DNA of 64,000 bases from Azolla caroliniana (taxonomy: Eukaryota > Plantae > Polypodiophyta): NCBI GenBank assembly GCA_043228905.1, contig JBHGNT010000002.1:12462001-12526000 (forward strand). The letters run 5' to 3'. Shown here in pieces: positions 36,938 through 49,180 of the stretch. The first letter of the stretch is position 1; the number at the start of each line of letters is the position of its first letter. A program made the translations under genes and the position numbers. The notes under the pieces were generated by a model. It did not search any database, was not told where the DNA came from, and saw only the letters and a program-made list of their open reading frames with translations.

Positions 36938-39900
36938 CTACAAATTCCATGGCATACTATTGTAAATACATTCATACACATTAGCACCAACAGTGTATAA
37001 ACCTGAGCAACTATTGTATTCTGACATTGGGACATTGATGCACCTGACCAAATGAGAGTACATGTACGCCGTTGGTTTGTCTTCTAACAGCCTGTACACA
37101 TATTCGTAGTCATCTAGTTTTGCATAAAAAATGCCTTCGATGTAGAATGTCCCGGCAGATACAAAATTTCCCCATGCATCTACAATATTCTGCCTTGCAC
37201 ACTGTTTACTAACCGTGCACTTTAATATATAGAAATCAGCACCCTCTGAATTGCCTTCTTCAGCATTTACAGCGAAGTTATCCCCAACGTTCAGGACATC
37301 ACTCAAAGTATCTCCAAGTCCCTCATATGTGAAGTCAGCATTTTGCCTTGTTTCTCCATCAACTACTTCCTTATCATTCAGAGTGTGATACTCCCAATTT
37401 TGAATGTATGCTTTGTTTAGACAATATCTCCAATTTCCTTGCACACAATGGAAGCAAAAACAAGTCAATTCTCTAGCCGCAATACAATGACCATCCAACC
37501 TGGAATAACCGCAAACAGCATGCAGAGATCGCAATTCGGGAATTCCTTGGCACTCCCAGGTCTTCTCCCTATTTACTTCATTTATCTTCACTTCCCAAAA
37601 TTCACGTTTGATATCTCGGACTTGCAAGGAATAAACACCTGTGGCACTCGTTGACATATTTGTTCTTAAAAATTCAACTACATGTGATGCACAATTCATG
37701 TGCACACCATCTGTCTTTAGTTGTTCATGGGTAAGTGCCCGCTTTATAACAGCCCCTGCACCATCATGTTCACCTTTACCATGGCCAAACCCAAAAAAAT
37801 CCATCTCATCTCCAAACCTGTTATGGCAGGATACCTCCCCACAAAATAAAATGGACGTCGAGCCTTGAATTGTGACGCAGCTCCATCAGACCAGACCCAA
37901 TGTTGAGTAAGCTCCAAACGTTGAGCTAATAACCACTGCCAATGTAACTTAAAATAGTGTTGGACGAACAAGGTATCATGCTTCTTATCATCGGAAATAA
38001 AGAAATGAATTACTTTTTTAACATCACCTGAAACTCGAAAATATGTTATGTGCACAAAAATGGTTACCTGAACTGAACACCAATGCATAGATTGAATTTC
38101 ATTCTGCTGCTTGAAAGTATAATTCTCTACGAAATCTACTACTGAGACTACTACATCATTTGGGAAATCAGATATGCAAGTCTTAAACTGATGGGCCTGC
38201 CATGAATAAATGAAGTTGTGTTTAATGAACTTTCCTAGAGATACTACAAACAGAGACACCAAATCCCTTGGTTTAAGCATCTTCCGAACTAGATCCTTTC
38301 TTTTACACACCTTTCCTTCGAAATTGGTGTTCATTGACTCAAAGAACTTCACAGAGATCAATATTTCACTACTCAATTCATTTGGACACCACCTAAATCT
38401 AGTAGGGCCACAATCTTGACATAAACCCATGACATATTTATGAATATGGAAGATAGCGTCAGTTTCTCTCGGACACAATATTGAATCTAATAAATAACTC
38501 ATGGAAGAGATAATGTGCTCAGATGATTTACACTCCTCTTGCAGGCTTGATCGACAGATTGGGCACCCACATGTGCAAATTGTATTAGTTAGGGATGCGC
38601 TATGGTGACGTAGTAGATTAACAGAGTCCTTCAAAAAACCCATCTGTACATGGTAAATGCAACAACATGTGTATCGATCCTTTAAGCATCTCACAAAGTG
38701 TGGCTTAAGAGACTCGAATGTTCGTAGTTGAACTTTGATAGTTGGATGCATTCGTTTGAACCTAATAAATAAATCGACCTGCGTAATGAAGGGGAATTAG
38801 TTATTCTCGTAACTAGCTAACTATTCTAGTAGCTAATTAGCTATTCTAGTAGCTTATTAGCTATCCTAGTAGCTAATTAGCTATTCTGGTAGCTAATTAG
38901 CTATTCTAGTAGCTAATTAGCTATCCTAGTAGCTAATTAGCTATCATGGTAGCTAATTAGCTGTCCTAGTAGCTAATTAGCTATCATGGTAGCTAATTAG
39001 CGGGTCTAGTAGCTAATTAGCTATCATGGTGGCTAATTAGCGGGTCTAGTAGCTAATTAGCTATCATGGTGGCTAATTAGCTGTCCTAGTAACTAATTAG
39101 CTATCATGGTAGCTAATTAGTTGGTCTAGTAGCTAATTAGCTATCATGGTAGCTAATTAGATGGTCTAGTAGTTAATTAGCTGTCCTAACTAATTAGCTA
39201 TCATGGTAGCAAATTAGCTGGTAATAACGAAATAGCTAACTAGCTACCATGATAGCTAACTAGCTACCAGTACAACTAATTATCTGGTAGTACCTAAATT
39301 AGCTATTGAGAATAGCTAATTAGCTATCATGGTAGTAGCTATTGAGAGTAGCCAGTTACCTATGTAGTAGCTATCCTAGTAGCTAATTAGCTATCATGGT
39401 AGCTAATTAGCTTTCCTAGTAGCTAATTATCTGGTAATAACGAAATAGCTAACTAGCTACCATGATAGCTAACTAGCTACCAGTACAGCTAATTATCTGG
39501 TAGTACCTAAATTAGCTATTGAGAATAGCTAATTAGCTATCATGGTAGTAGCTATTGAGAGTACCCTATTACCTATGTAGTAGCTATCCTAGTAGCTAAC
39601 TGAGGTAAATGTAACTGATAAGCTAATTAGCTTTTCTGCTAACTGAGCTAATTAACTTTCCGTATAGAGTCAAAACAAATGTTGAGATAAATGTAAATAC
39701 CTGAGGTACATCAAGAAGATGAATGGGATGCTCCTCGTATTGATTTCTTCTAACATGTTTCCTGCATAAATCCTTTTTATTGGGTGAAACCCTACTCTCA
39801 TTAGTCCAAAACATTGTGATTACATCCTTGATTTCAAATGTTATGGGTGTCATTGGCTTACATCTTGTGGTTAGCTTTAGTAGACTAGTTCCTTCACCCG

Positions 39901-40441
39901 AGGAAATTATACGGTTCATTGTATTGTACACTATTTTTCTACTAACACCAATTACCTTAGATAGCTCACTGATGTTTATATCGTCAACATCACTATTAAG
40001 TAACATCATTAGACTAGAACTTTTTAAGACAAGATCATCTTCTGACCTGCTCATGGATACGAAACTATTACGAAGATTATTTACTAAAATAGATGATATG
40101 TTTGCATTAAGACCATCACAATCAACTAAGTCCTTTATCGATGGATCATTACATATTCCATACCTTCTTTTCTTCATTGCTGATGTGCTTGGTTTGAACA
40201 TTGAAATAGTCTACAACCTTTCTCTCTATGATGGTAGTCGCATTACTTACATTCTCAGCTAAACTATCCTTACCTTTACTGAGTGTGGCTTTCGTATCTT
40301 TCAACAATTGACGATGTTTCCTTTTTTTTCTGCCCAATAGTTTCGTATGGCTTGTGGTGTCCTGATAGCATCATCCCTATCCTTATGATCATTGAGGGGT
40401 AATTCTAAACACCCTTCTTCCCCTTCCATTTGGCTAGACAT
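36938..40441 (-). pseudogene. Sola2-like transposase, two exons (40441-39701, 38778-36938), frameshifted
   Basis: In-frame splice LDVPQ|VDLFIRFKRMHP; motifs TCCCIYH, VVDFVENY, WSDGAASQFK and GHGKGEHDG; frameshifts near 37800 and 40200. Confidence 0.88.
38800..39650. repeat. Second intronic array of TAGCTAATTAGCTA, in the transposase intron
   Basis: Mostly ~24-bp period; fills intron 38779-39700. Confidence 0.95.
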
Positions 40442-40659
40442 GTTAAAACCCTAAATTTCCAGGAAAAAAAACAAGTATTTAAGATGGCTATGGGCAACAA
40501 CAATACACAAAAATATTCCACAATACACAAGATTAGACACAACAATACACAAAATAATCAATAGACAGAAAAGTTATTGCAATCCAAGACCGAACAGTAG
40601 AGGAGTTTACTCCGTTGGATCGAACAATTGAGGAGGCGATCCAAGACCGACCAATGGCG

Positions 40660-41432
40660 ACAACTGAGTGTAGAATGTTGCCGTTGGATGAGTGAACTCC
40701 GTCAAATCGAAATGTGGAAGCAATCCAGGACTGGACAGTAGCAGCAACTGAGTATAGAATGATGGCAATGGAGGAGAGAACCCCGTCAGATTGAACAGTT
40801 ACCGATGATGGTTGGAACGCACATAGAAGGCACCTGAGAGTAGAGTGGCACAGGGAAGAGAACCTCGTCAGATTGAACAGTTACCAATGATGCTTGGAAC
40901 GCACATAGAAGGCACCTGAGAGTAGAGTGGCACAGAGAAGAGAACCTCGTCAGATTGAACAGTTACCAATGATGCTTGGAACGCACATAGAAGGCACCTG
41001 AAAGTAGAGTGGCATAGAGAAGAGAACCTCGTCAGATTGAACAGTTACCAATGATGCTTGGAGCGCACAATAGCGGCCCCTGAGTGTAGAGTGGCACAGA
41101 GAAGAGAACCCTGTCAGATTGAACAACTCTTTGATGATGCTTGGAACGCACAGTAGCAGCCCCTAAGTGTAGAGTGGCACAGAGAAGAGAACCCCTTCAG
41201 ATTGAACAGCTCTTTGATGAGGCTTGGAACGCACAGTAGCGGCCCCTGAGTGTAGAGTGGCACAGAGAAGAGAACCCCGTCAGATTGAACAGCTCTTTGA
41301 TGATGCTTGGAATGCACAGTAGTGGCCCCTGAGCGTATGTAGAGTGTCACAAAGAAGAGAACCCCGTCAGATTGAGCAGCTCTTTGATGATGCTTGGAAC
41401 GCACAGTAGCGGCCCCTCAGTGTAGAGTGGCG
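40660..41432. repeat. ~82-84-bp tandem repeat (~9 copies) upstream of the transposase
   Basis: Unit gagtagagtggcacagagaagagaacc..tcagattgaacag..tgatgcttggaacgcac recurs at 40838, 40920, 41002 and onward. Confidence 0.92.
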
Positions 41433-41775
41433 GCAGGTGGACTCGATAGGGTTTAGCAACAGTGGTAGCAACTAACCCACAATACTCAACTAGAGATGGC
41501 CTACATGATGTGGCAAAGGATCATGCATAATGGACCTAGGAATTCAATATATAATTTATGGTGCACATATCAATTTATGTTGCACATTTATGGCACTCAT
41601 TTACATATGTAATTAAAACACTCTAGTATTTTCAATGGTAGTTTTTTGCATACTTAATTTATTAATGATGGCTTTTTACTAGAATGACTATTTATCAATG
41701 GTAGCTTTTTGCATAGCTAATTAGCTATGTCAAGGACATAGCTAATTGTTTCCACTCGCATGCTTTCACCCCTTT

Positions 41776-44110
41776 ACCTCTTACAGATGGAGTCCTCAAT
41801 GTTGTAGCAAGACATAAAATCTATAGTTTTTTCGACGGGTTTAGTGGCTACAATTAGATTCAAATGCACCAAGACGACCAAGAAAAGACAACATTCATTA
41901 CCGAATGGGGTGTATTTGTAGCAGTCATTATGATGTTTGGCCTCAAGTCGGCATCCACTAGGTTTCAAAGGATTATAGTCGAAATATTTTCAGATTCTAT
42001 TCCTAGATTTATGTAGGTATTCCTTGACGATTTTGCTGTTTATAGCAAAAAAATCGACCGCATGGAGCATTTACGGCTCTGCTTAGAGAAGTGTCCAACA
42101 GCTTGTTTGAGCCTTAATCCTGCTAAGTATGCCTTTGGTGTGACGAGTGGAATGCTATGAGGGTACATAGTTAGTCAAGATGGTATTGTTTTCGACCCCG
42201 ACAAGGTCAAAGCAATCATGGGGGCACTGTCTCACAATCGGTACATCATTATGGCTATTCATTATTGTACCAAGTGGGTCGAAGCAAAAGCCTTACAGTA
42301 TAATATAGCGGCCTGGACTACGAATTTTTTATATGAATATATTTGGTGCAAGTTCGAGTTCCGATTGAATTAATGAGTGATCAAGGTAGCCATTTCCTCA
42401 CCAAGGTAATTCATGAATTATCAAGTCATTATGTTGAGTTAATAAAAGAAGCACTCCTTACTATCCACATGCTAATGGATTGACCGAATCGGCTAATAAA
42501 ACGCTTCATATGATTCGACAAAAAAGCGTCAATGAAAAAATGGGGTCTTGACTTTGTCTCCTCACCAAGGTAATTCATAAATTATCAACTCATTATGTTG
42601 TAATTCATAAAAGAAGCACTCCTTACTACCACAAGAACAATGGATTGACCGAATCAACTAATAAAACGCTTCATATGATTCGATGAAAAAGCGTCAATGC
42701 AACTTGCACCGACTGGGATCAAAAGCTTTACATTGCATTATGGGTATATCGAACGACCTATAAAACTTCTATTCTATCAACACCGTTTTCGATTGGCTTT
42801 TGGGTTGGACACAGTAATGCCAATCGAATTCCAAACTCCTAGCTTACGAGTACAAGTCACAAAATGTCTTGACGAGGTGCACTAGGAAAGAATAAGACGA
42901 GAGCAACTATTGGACTTAGACGAAAATTGATTTCAATCCCTATGGTATTTAGAACGAAGAAGAGAAGATTAAAAGTGTTTGTTGATCGTCATCGACACGG
43001 AGAAGAAAGATTTTTCGAAATTGGCATTTTGGTACTGGTTTCTCAGGAAAAAATGGGCTCAATGCCAAGGAAATTACGGTTCCGATGGACAACCCCATAT
43101 TGGATTATAGACATCACGAACGTCACATATCAGCTTAGCACACTCGGAGAAGTATTGCCGAAATGGGTTAACGGGTTTCAACTCAAACCATACCCTTGGG
43201 GTCCAACTCCGAAAATCCATTTTTCACTAAAGGTTTGAATGACCAAATCAATCGACCAATCAACATTTCTCAAGGTAGTCGATCACCTACTCCAATTCTA
43301 GTCAATCGACCATAATTAATTAAAAGGGATATTGTAAATACCCTATCAACTACCAACTACAACCTCTTGTGCTTACAATGACACCGACACTACCACCCTC
43401 ACCTTTGACAGGGGATTCAACCAAAAAATATGCCAATCGAGATCTCTGCACAACTTTGCACATGGCTATAGGACCATGGCCTCAATGGGTATACTCAGAA
43501 AAATGCCTCTACTAGATTGTCCACCAAGTAGGTACGAAGAATTTTAAATTTTCAAAACGAGAGGGTCGTTTCTATGGACACTCCAACAAAAGAAATTTTG
43601 GAATCTTACTTTGGAGATTACTCCACATCAGCCAAAGCATATAAAACTTAGGGTGGACTTGATTTGTTCTTCAGGGAGTTAGCAAAATGTTTGTTGGAAG
43701 TGGTTTGTGGACACCAAAAGACATATTGTTTGCCACAAAACAAGTTTGGCTTTATAATTGCCACATATGAAGGGCATAAAATCAACTTGGGGGATTTCTA
43801 AGACTAGTTGGGCTTCGAGCGCATATCATAGCAATACAAGGTGGTAAACCTATGATAACCATTATTGCCCAATATATTGTACACTATTATGCCCACCCCA
43901 ATTGGCCATTACCAGTAGAACGACCGCCCAAATCGGCCAACCAGTGTCTCAAACCAAGCAATCGACAAGATACCAATTATTAGAAGCGCAAAACGAATGG
44001 CAAGAAGTACGGGCAGGACAACAAACAGAAAAGAAAGCCAAGGTACCACCAACAACTCAAACAACAACAAGGGTCGAAGAAGATACAGTCAGTCATTTGG
44101 CATCGACTGA
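41776..44110 (+). mobile_element. Remainder of degenerate gypsy host (RT, integrase, downstream region)
   Basis: GYNxIQM..DQEKTTFITEWG, FLDDF, KWVEAKAL, AYRTTYK and KLRFRW..PY remnants; RNase H deleted at ~42235; local duplication 42394-42540 and 42560-42700. Confidence 0.85.
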
Positions 44111-44119
44111 CATTTTGGA

Positions 44120-45970
44120 GCATAGTATAGGAAATAAGAAATGGAAAGAGAGAGAGAGAGAGAGAGGAGAAACTTTATTAAATGATGTTTTCTCTCTCTC
44201 TCTCTACAACCAACCGACCACATAGAGAGATATTGTGGTGGTTATAGGTGCACCCTATTTTTGGGGTGCACCTTTTCATATTATTTACCCTTCCGTATCA
44301 TATATTTCTCTATTTATTTATTCTAACTAATTAGTTTATTACAACAGCCTCCCATAAACTAATTAGTTGTTGATCGTTGTAATCCTAAATATTCACAACA
44401 AGCTTCAAATTTGTTCGTAGGAAGAGCCTTTGTTAGAAAATCAGCCCACATATGATTTGTCGGTGTAACCTCCAAGGTAAGCTTGTTTTCTTTGGCCAAC
44501 TCTCGTATAAAGTGATATTTTAAATCCACATGCTTTGTTTTCTCTAAGTGCTTTGGATTCTTCATTAAGTAGATACATGATATATTGTCGCAAAAGATTT
44601 TCAATTGAAGTGCTTCACATAGTCGGAGTTCCTTTAACATTGTTTGCAACCATAGTCTTTAGCAGCTAGCGCCACAACTACGAATTCAGCTTCAGTAGAT
44701 GAGATTCTCACAGATTCTTGTTTTTTCGATTGCCACGTTACTGCTGCTCCTGCCATTATAAAAGAAAAGCCAGCAGTAGATCTTTGAGAATCAACGTCCC
44801 CCCCCAATTCGAATTAGACCAACTAACAAGTGATTTGATTGGTCTTTCGGATTGGGATAGTTTATATGTTAATCCATAGTTAGATGTGTGTTTTAGATAT
44901 TGCATAACTCGTTGAAGTGATTTCCAATGCATAAGGTCGGGGTTATGCATAAAGCGTGAAAGATAATTAATTGAAAAATAAAGGTCGGGACGAGTTCCTA
45001 TGACTAAATATCGAAGTTTTCCTATTAACTATTTAAAAGGAAATTGTTGCATAAAATTAATATCTCTTTTTGTGGTTAGACCATTGGATATGCTTAAGTT
45101 ACATGTTAGTGATAAGGGAGTAGTGCAAGGTTTAATGTTTAACATTCCGAAGGATTTCAAAATTTCATTAAGGAATTAGTTTTGATGAATGATCAAAGTG
45201 CCCATACTACGATTACGCGTAACTTGCATGCCTAGGAAATAAGATAGGGAACCTAAATCTGTTATTGAGAATGCTTTGGAAAGTTCTAGCTTTGCTGGAG
45301 TAATTTCAGATGGTGTTCCAACTATAGGAATTGTTAGTGCTACCACTAACAAACGATTAGATGTATGATTATGTCTGATGTATAGATTTGGTTCTGATAA
45401 CAATCTAGAATAGCCATGTGAAAGCATAAAATTGTTAAATTTTTGAAACCATAACCTAGGAGATTATTTGAGTCCATAAAGTGATCGATGTAGCCGACAC
45501 ACGTAGTTTGGTTGAGAGTGTGACTCAAACCCAGGATGTTCTGACATGTAGATTGCTTTTGGTAAATCACCATGTAGAAATGTCATTTGTACATCCAAAT
45601 GATGTACCTCGAGGTCAAGAATAGTGGGTAGAGCCATCAGGAGCCGAAACGATGCCATATAGAGAATGAGTGAGAATGTCTCAGAATAGTCATGTCCTTC
45701 GACTTGAGAAAAACCACGAGCTACAAGTCGAGCTTTGTAACCTGCAATAGTACCATCAGGGTTTAGTTTTCTCTTCAACATCCATTTGCATGAAATAGTT
45801 GAGCATCCCATTGGGAGTGTTACTAGAGTCCACGTTTTGTTGGCATCAAGGGATTCAAGTTCTTTTTCCATGGCAGCTTGCCATTCAAGATGATATGGAC
45901 TTTGCTGCCTCATTGTTAGTTAAGGGATCATTAGAAACTTCTGATGTGGTTGAGGGGGAACCAAGAGCTG
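44120..45970 (-). mobile_element. Degenerate copia E: RT, RNase H and partial 3' LTR (LTR boundary at 44346)
   Basis: KARLVARGFSQ, HLDVQMTFLHG, FCDNISC..KTKHVDLKYHFIRE; PPT-like TTATGGGAGGC then TGTTGT on minus. Confidence 0.85.
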
Positions 45971-45974
45971 AAAA

Positions 45975-48705
45975 TGCAAAATCGGGTTCAAGTGAGTGAG
46001 GTGATATAATCCTTCTTCAATTGAGTGAGGTGGAAACCTCTCCGTGTCTCAGGTTGTGATGAGCCCCAAGTTTTCATCATCCACATGTCTAGGTTTTCAT
46101 AAGTGTCTGGTCGTGCATGAAGGAAATAACCCCATCCCAATTTTGTACCCTGAAGGATGTTTGTGTGAACCTTTTTGCCCTGAGTTGCTGAAAACTTCGA
46201 CCTCCCTCTGGTGGAGGTCATCTGGCTTTCTTTGATGGGGGTCCTTTTTCTTTCCTTGCATGGTGTGATGACATTTTTGGTCACCATTTTCTTCTCTGTG
46301 GGTGTCTTCCTTGTCATGTGAATCCCGTCTCTCTTCTTTGCCTCACATGCACAACAATAGTAAATAATAGTAAATCATGCACAACAATAGGAAACAATAT
46401 TAAATAATATACAATTCAAGGAAACGTCGAATATGAAACATAATGTTAACTCCGAATACTTAACATATACACATGTTGACCGACTCTCAAATTCAAGCAT
46501 ATGCATGTACAAATCTCTCAAATGATCAAGGGAGAACAACAACAAAACCCTAAACAATAATAACAGATAGAATCAAACATACAGATAAACATGTCCCAAA
46601 CATCGTTATGGTTGCAGATGTAAAAAAACAGATAGAATCAAACATACAAACATATAGTAAAACAAGTACCAAATGTCGTTGAAGTCTTTGAAGAGGCGAC
46701 ACGTTTGAAACACACAGGGTAGAGGGAACCAGGCAGAGGGAACACTTGGAGGTAGAGGCAACACGGCCAACAGAGCAGAGACCGATGCGGAGAGGACACG
46801 ATGTGCAGACCACAGTTTAGAGGAAGCTTGAGAGAGAGAACACGGCCATAAGAGGAAAGCTCGATATAACAAGGACACAGTACAATGGTTGAGAGAGAGA
46901 ATACTTGACAGAGAGGACAAGACGAGGACACAATTGAAGACTTGATGTCGATGCAATGAGGACATAGTACAACACCTGAGCGTACTATTGTTTCAAAGAG
47001 GACACGGCAAGCAAGGAATGGGTTTAGGGTTTGTAGGGTGAGCAGAGAACGTGGAGAAACCTATGCAGAAGGTGGAAGAGAGAGATAGATAGATAGATAG
47101 ATTATATTATCGTCTTCTGAGGTCAAATATGACCTATGAGACCAAAAATATTACATTTCACGTGATACGTGTGAAAGTGAGTAGTGACTCTCGATGTTCA
47201 AGAACTTTACCAATGAATGTTGCAATCGAGAGTGCACATTGTGGTTGTGAGAGGATTTCATGCAAAGATTGGGCTCGATCGAAGAGATGTGGAAAGCATG
47301 GTCGAATATGATCAAAGGCAGAGCATTGTATCAAAGTGTGATACTCAGACTCACGAACTTGTTTAGGGCAAAGTGTGCATAGCCGACCACCCTCATCACT
47401 TGTACCCCAACACCCTGTTTCACATCGCAATGCATGTGAGCTAAGTCGCATGGAACCAATGGTTCGAATGGCAAATAACGGTATGGGCTCTAACATGTAT
47501 GGATGTGTACGATTTCCCCGTTCTGCAAAGAATATGGTTTTGTAGTTAGGTGCAACATGTGTAGTATAATGTGTCAAGCGTGATCCTCCACATTTGTCCC
47601 ATGTCATGATACATTGGCGTTGCAAAAATGCCTCATTTACAGAGGAATCTAATGATGCATCATGAAGCAAGTGTCTCGCATCCCATCTACCAAACCATTT
47701 TTCTATATCTTGCATCCAACCGGAACACAAAATTTTACTTTTATGCGTCTTTTGGATCTTTTTGCTTGCTTCCCACGCAATTCTAGGAAGTCGATGTGAG
47801 GGACTTTTTTGAACCTTAAGCATGTATTCAACAACCCTTTCCATGGCCATGATCTCAATGGGAAGCGATCCCGTCTCAAGGAGGAGGAGGGTGTAGGGCG
47901 TTTGTTTCTTAACTTGTAGAAACTTGGTAAGAAAATGCTTTTGGACATTTTCAAACTCTTTCCACATAGATTTAGGGATACTACCGCCCCATACTTCCAC
48001 CCCATAGAGAAGAACCGGTGTCACCAAAGTGTCGAAAAGATATTTCTTGAGGACCCAACACTTAATATCTCCAAGATTACATGTGTTCTCAAATGCATAG
48101 TATGCTCGCTTGCCCGCCTCTAAGCGGTGTGTAGCACATTCATTCCATCTATGATTTGAAGGAACTTCAAGGCCAAGATATTTGAAGCTTTCCACATATT
48201 CAAGAGGCTCATTGTTGTACATAATGCATTCAAGAGAGAGAGAGAGGGAGGGAGGGGGGTACGAATGTACTGAATAAACGAGTAGAAGGGGGAAGGAAAG
48301 AGTGCGAGAGAGAGGAGGTACGAACCTAGGGAATTACCAAGTGTAAAGAGAGAGAGAGAGAGAGACTAACTGACTAACTAACTAACAGTTCAAGATAAAC
48401 TTGTTATTTGCCAAGAGAGACAGAGTGGAAGAGAGACAGGCTGACTATCTTCATGATTGACTGGCGACTCGAGATCTTATATAGTTAAGACCTCCTTACA
48501 ACATTACCTAGGATTTTAACACAAGTGATGTTTATTCATAATTGAAATCTATTTTCATTGAATGTGACTTTTAATTTCAAGACAAGTGATTAACTTTTTA
48601 AACCCAAATATTGGATTTATTTTTACATTTTTGGGTTTTTCCTCCACATGGAATTAGTACTAAAGTTTTGGCCGAAAGTTGGTACACCGTAGTGTGCTTT
48701 CACCC
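45975..48705 (-). mobile_element. Probable terminal fragment of a second Sola2-like element, containing a promoter, 5' UTR and first coding exon
   Basis: Ends TGCTTTCACCC, identical to the last 11 bp of the TIR at 41761-41771, exactly where copia RT sequence begins; TATA-like at ~48480; basic ORF 45988-46317. Confidence 0.5.
47086..48231 (-). mobile_element. 5'-truncated non-LTR retrotransposon (RTEX/CR1-group-like LINE)
   Basis: ORF 47158-48222 with LEYVESFKYLG RT thumb and C-terminal CTLC..EYH..C zinc motif; short 3' UTR with (ATCT)n tail; flanked by AAGAGAGAGA repeats. Confidence 0.88.
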
Positions 48706-49180
48706 CGACACACATAGTTTGGTTGAGAGTGTGACTCAAACCCAGGAGGTTTTGACATGTAGATTCCTTTTGGTAAATCACCATGTAGAAATGCCGTTTG
48801 TACATCCAAATGATGTACCTCGAGGTCAAGAATAGTGGCCAGAGTCATCAGGAGCCGAAACGATGCCATGTAGAGAATGGGTGAGAATGTCTCAGAATAG
48901 TCAAGTCCTTCGACTTGAGAAAAACCACGAGCTACAAGTTGAGCTTTGTAACGTGCAACAATACAATCAAGGTTTAGTTTTCTCTTCAGCACCCATTTGC
49001 ATGAAATCGGTGAGCGTCCCATTGGGAGTGGTACCGGAGTCCACATTTTGTTGGCATCAAGAGATTCAAGTTCTTTTTCCATGGCAGCTTGCTATTCAAC
49101 ACGATATGGACTTTGCAATGCCTCATTGATAGTTAAGGGATCATTAGAAACGTCTAATGTGGTGGAGGGGGAACCAAGAG
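48706..49180 (-). pseudogene. Second, diverged copy of the copia E RT segment
   Basis: Aligns by eye with 45495-45966. Confidence 0.9.

Larger units (their letters stand above)
31235..41771. mobile_element. Complete 10.5-kb Sola2-like DNA transposon with cargo genes
   Basis: 25-bp TIRs GGGTAAAAGCATGCGAGTGGAAACA and TGTTTCCACTCGCATGCTTTCACCC (1 mismatch); 4-bp TSD CTTT at 31231-31234 and 41772-41775; removing it restores gypsy RT VTDAFPLPLTD. Confidence 0.93.
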
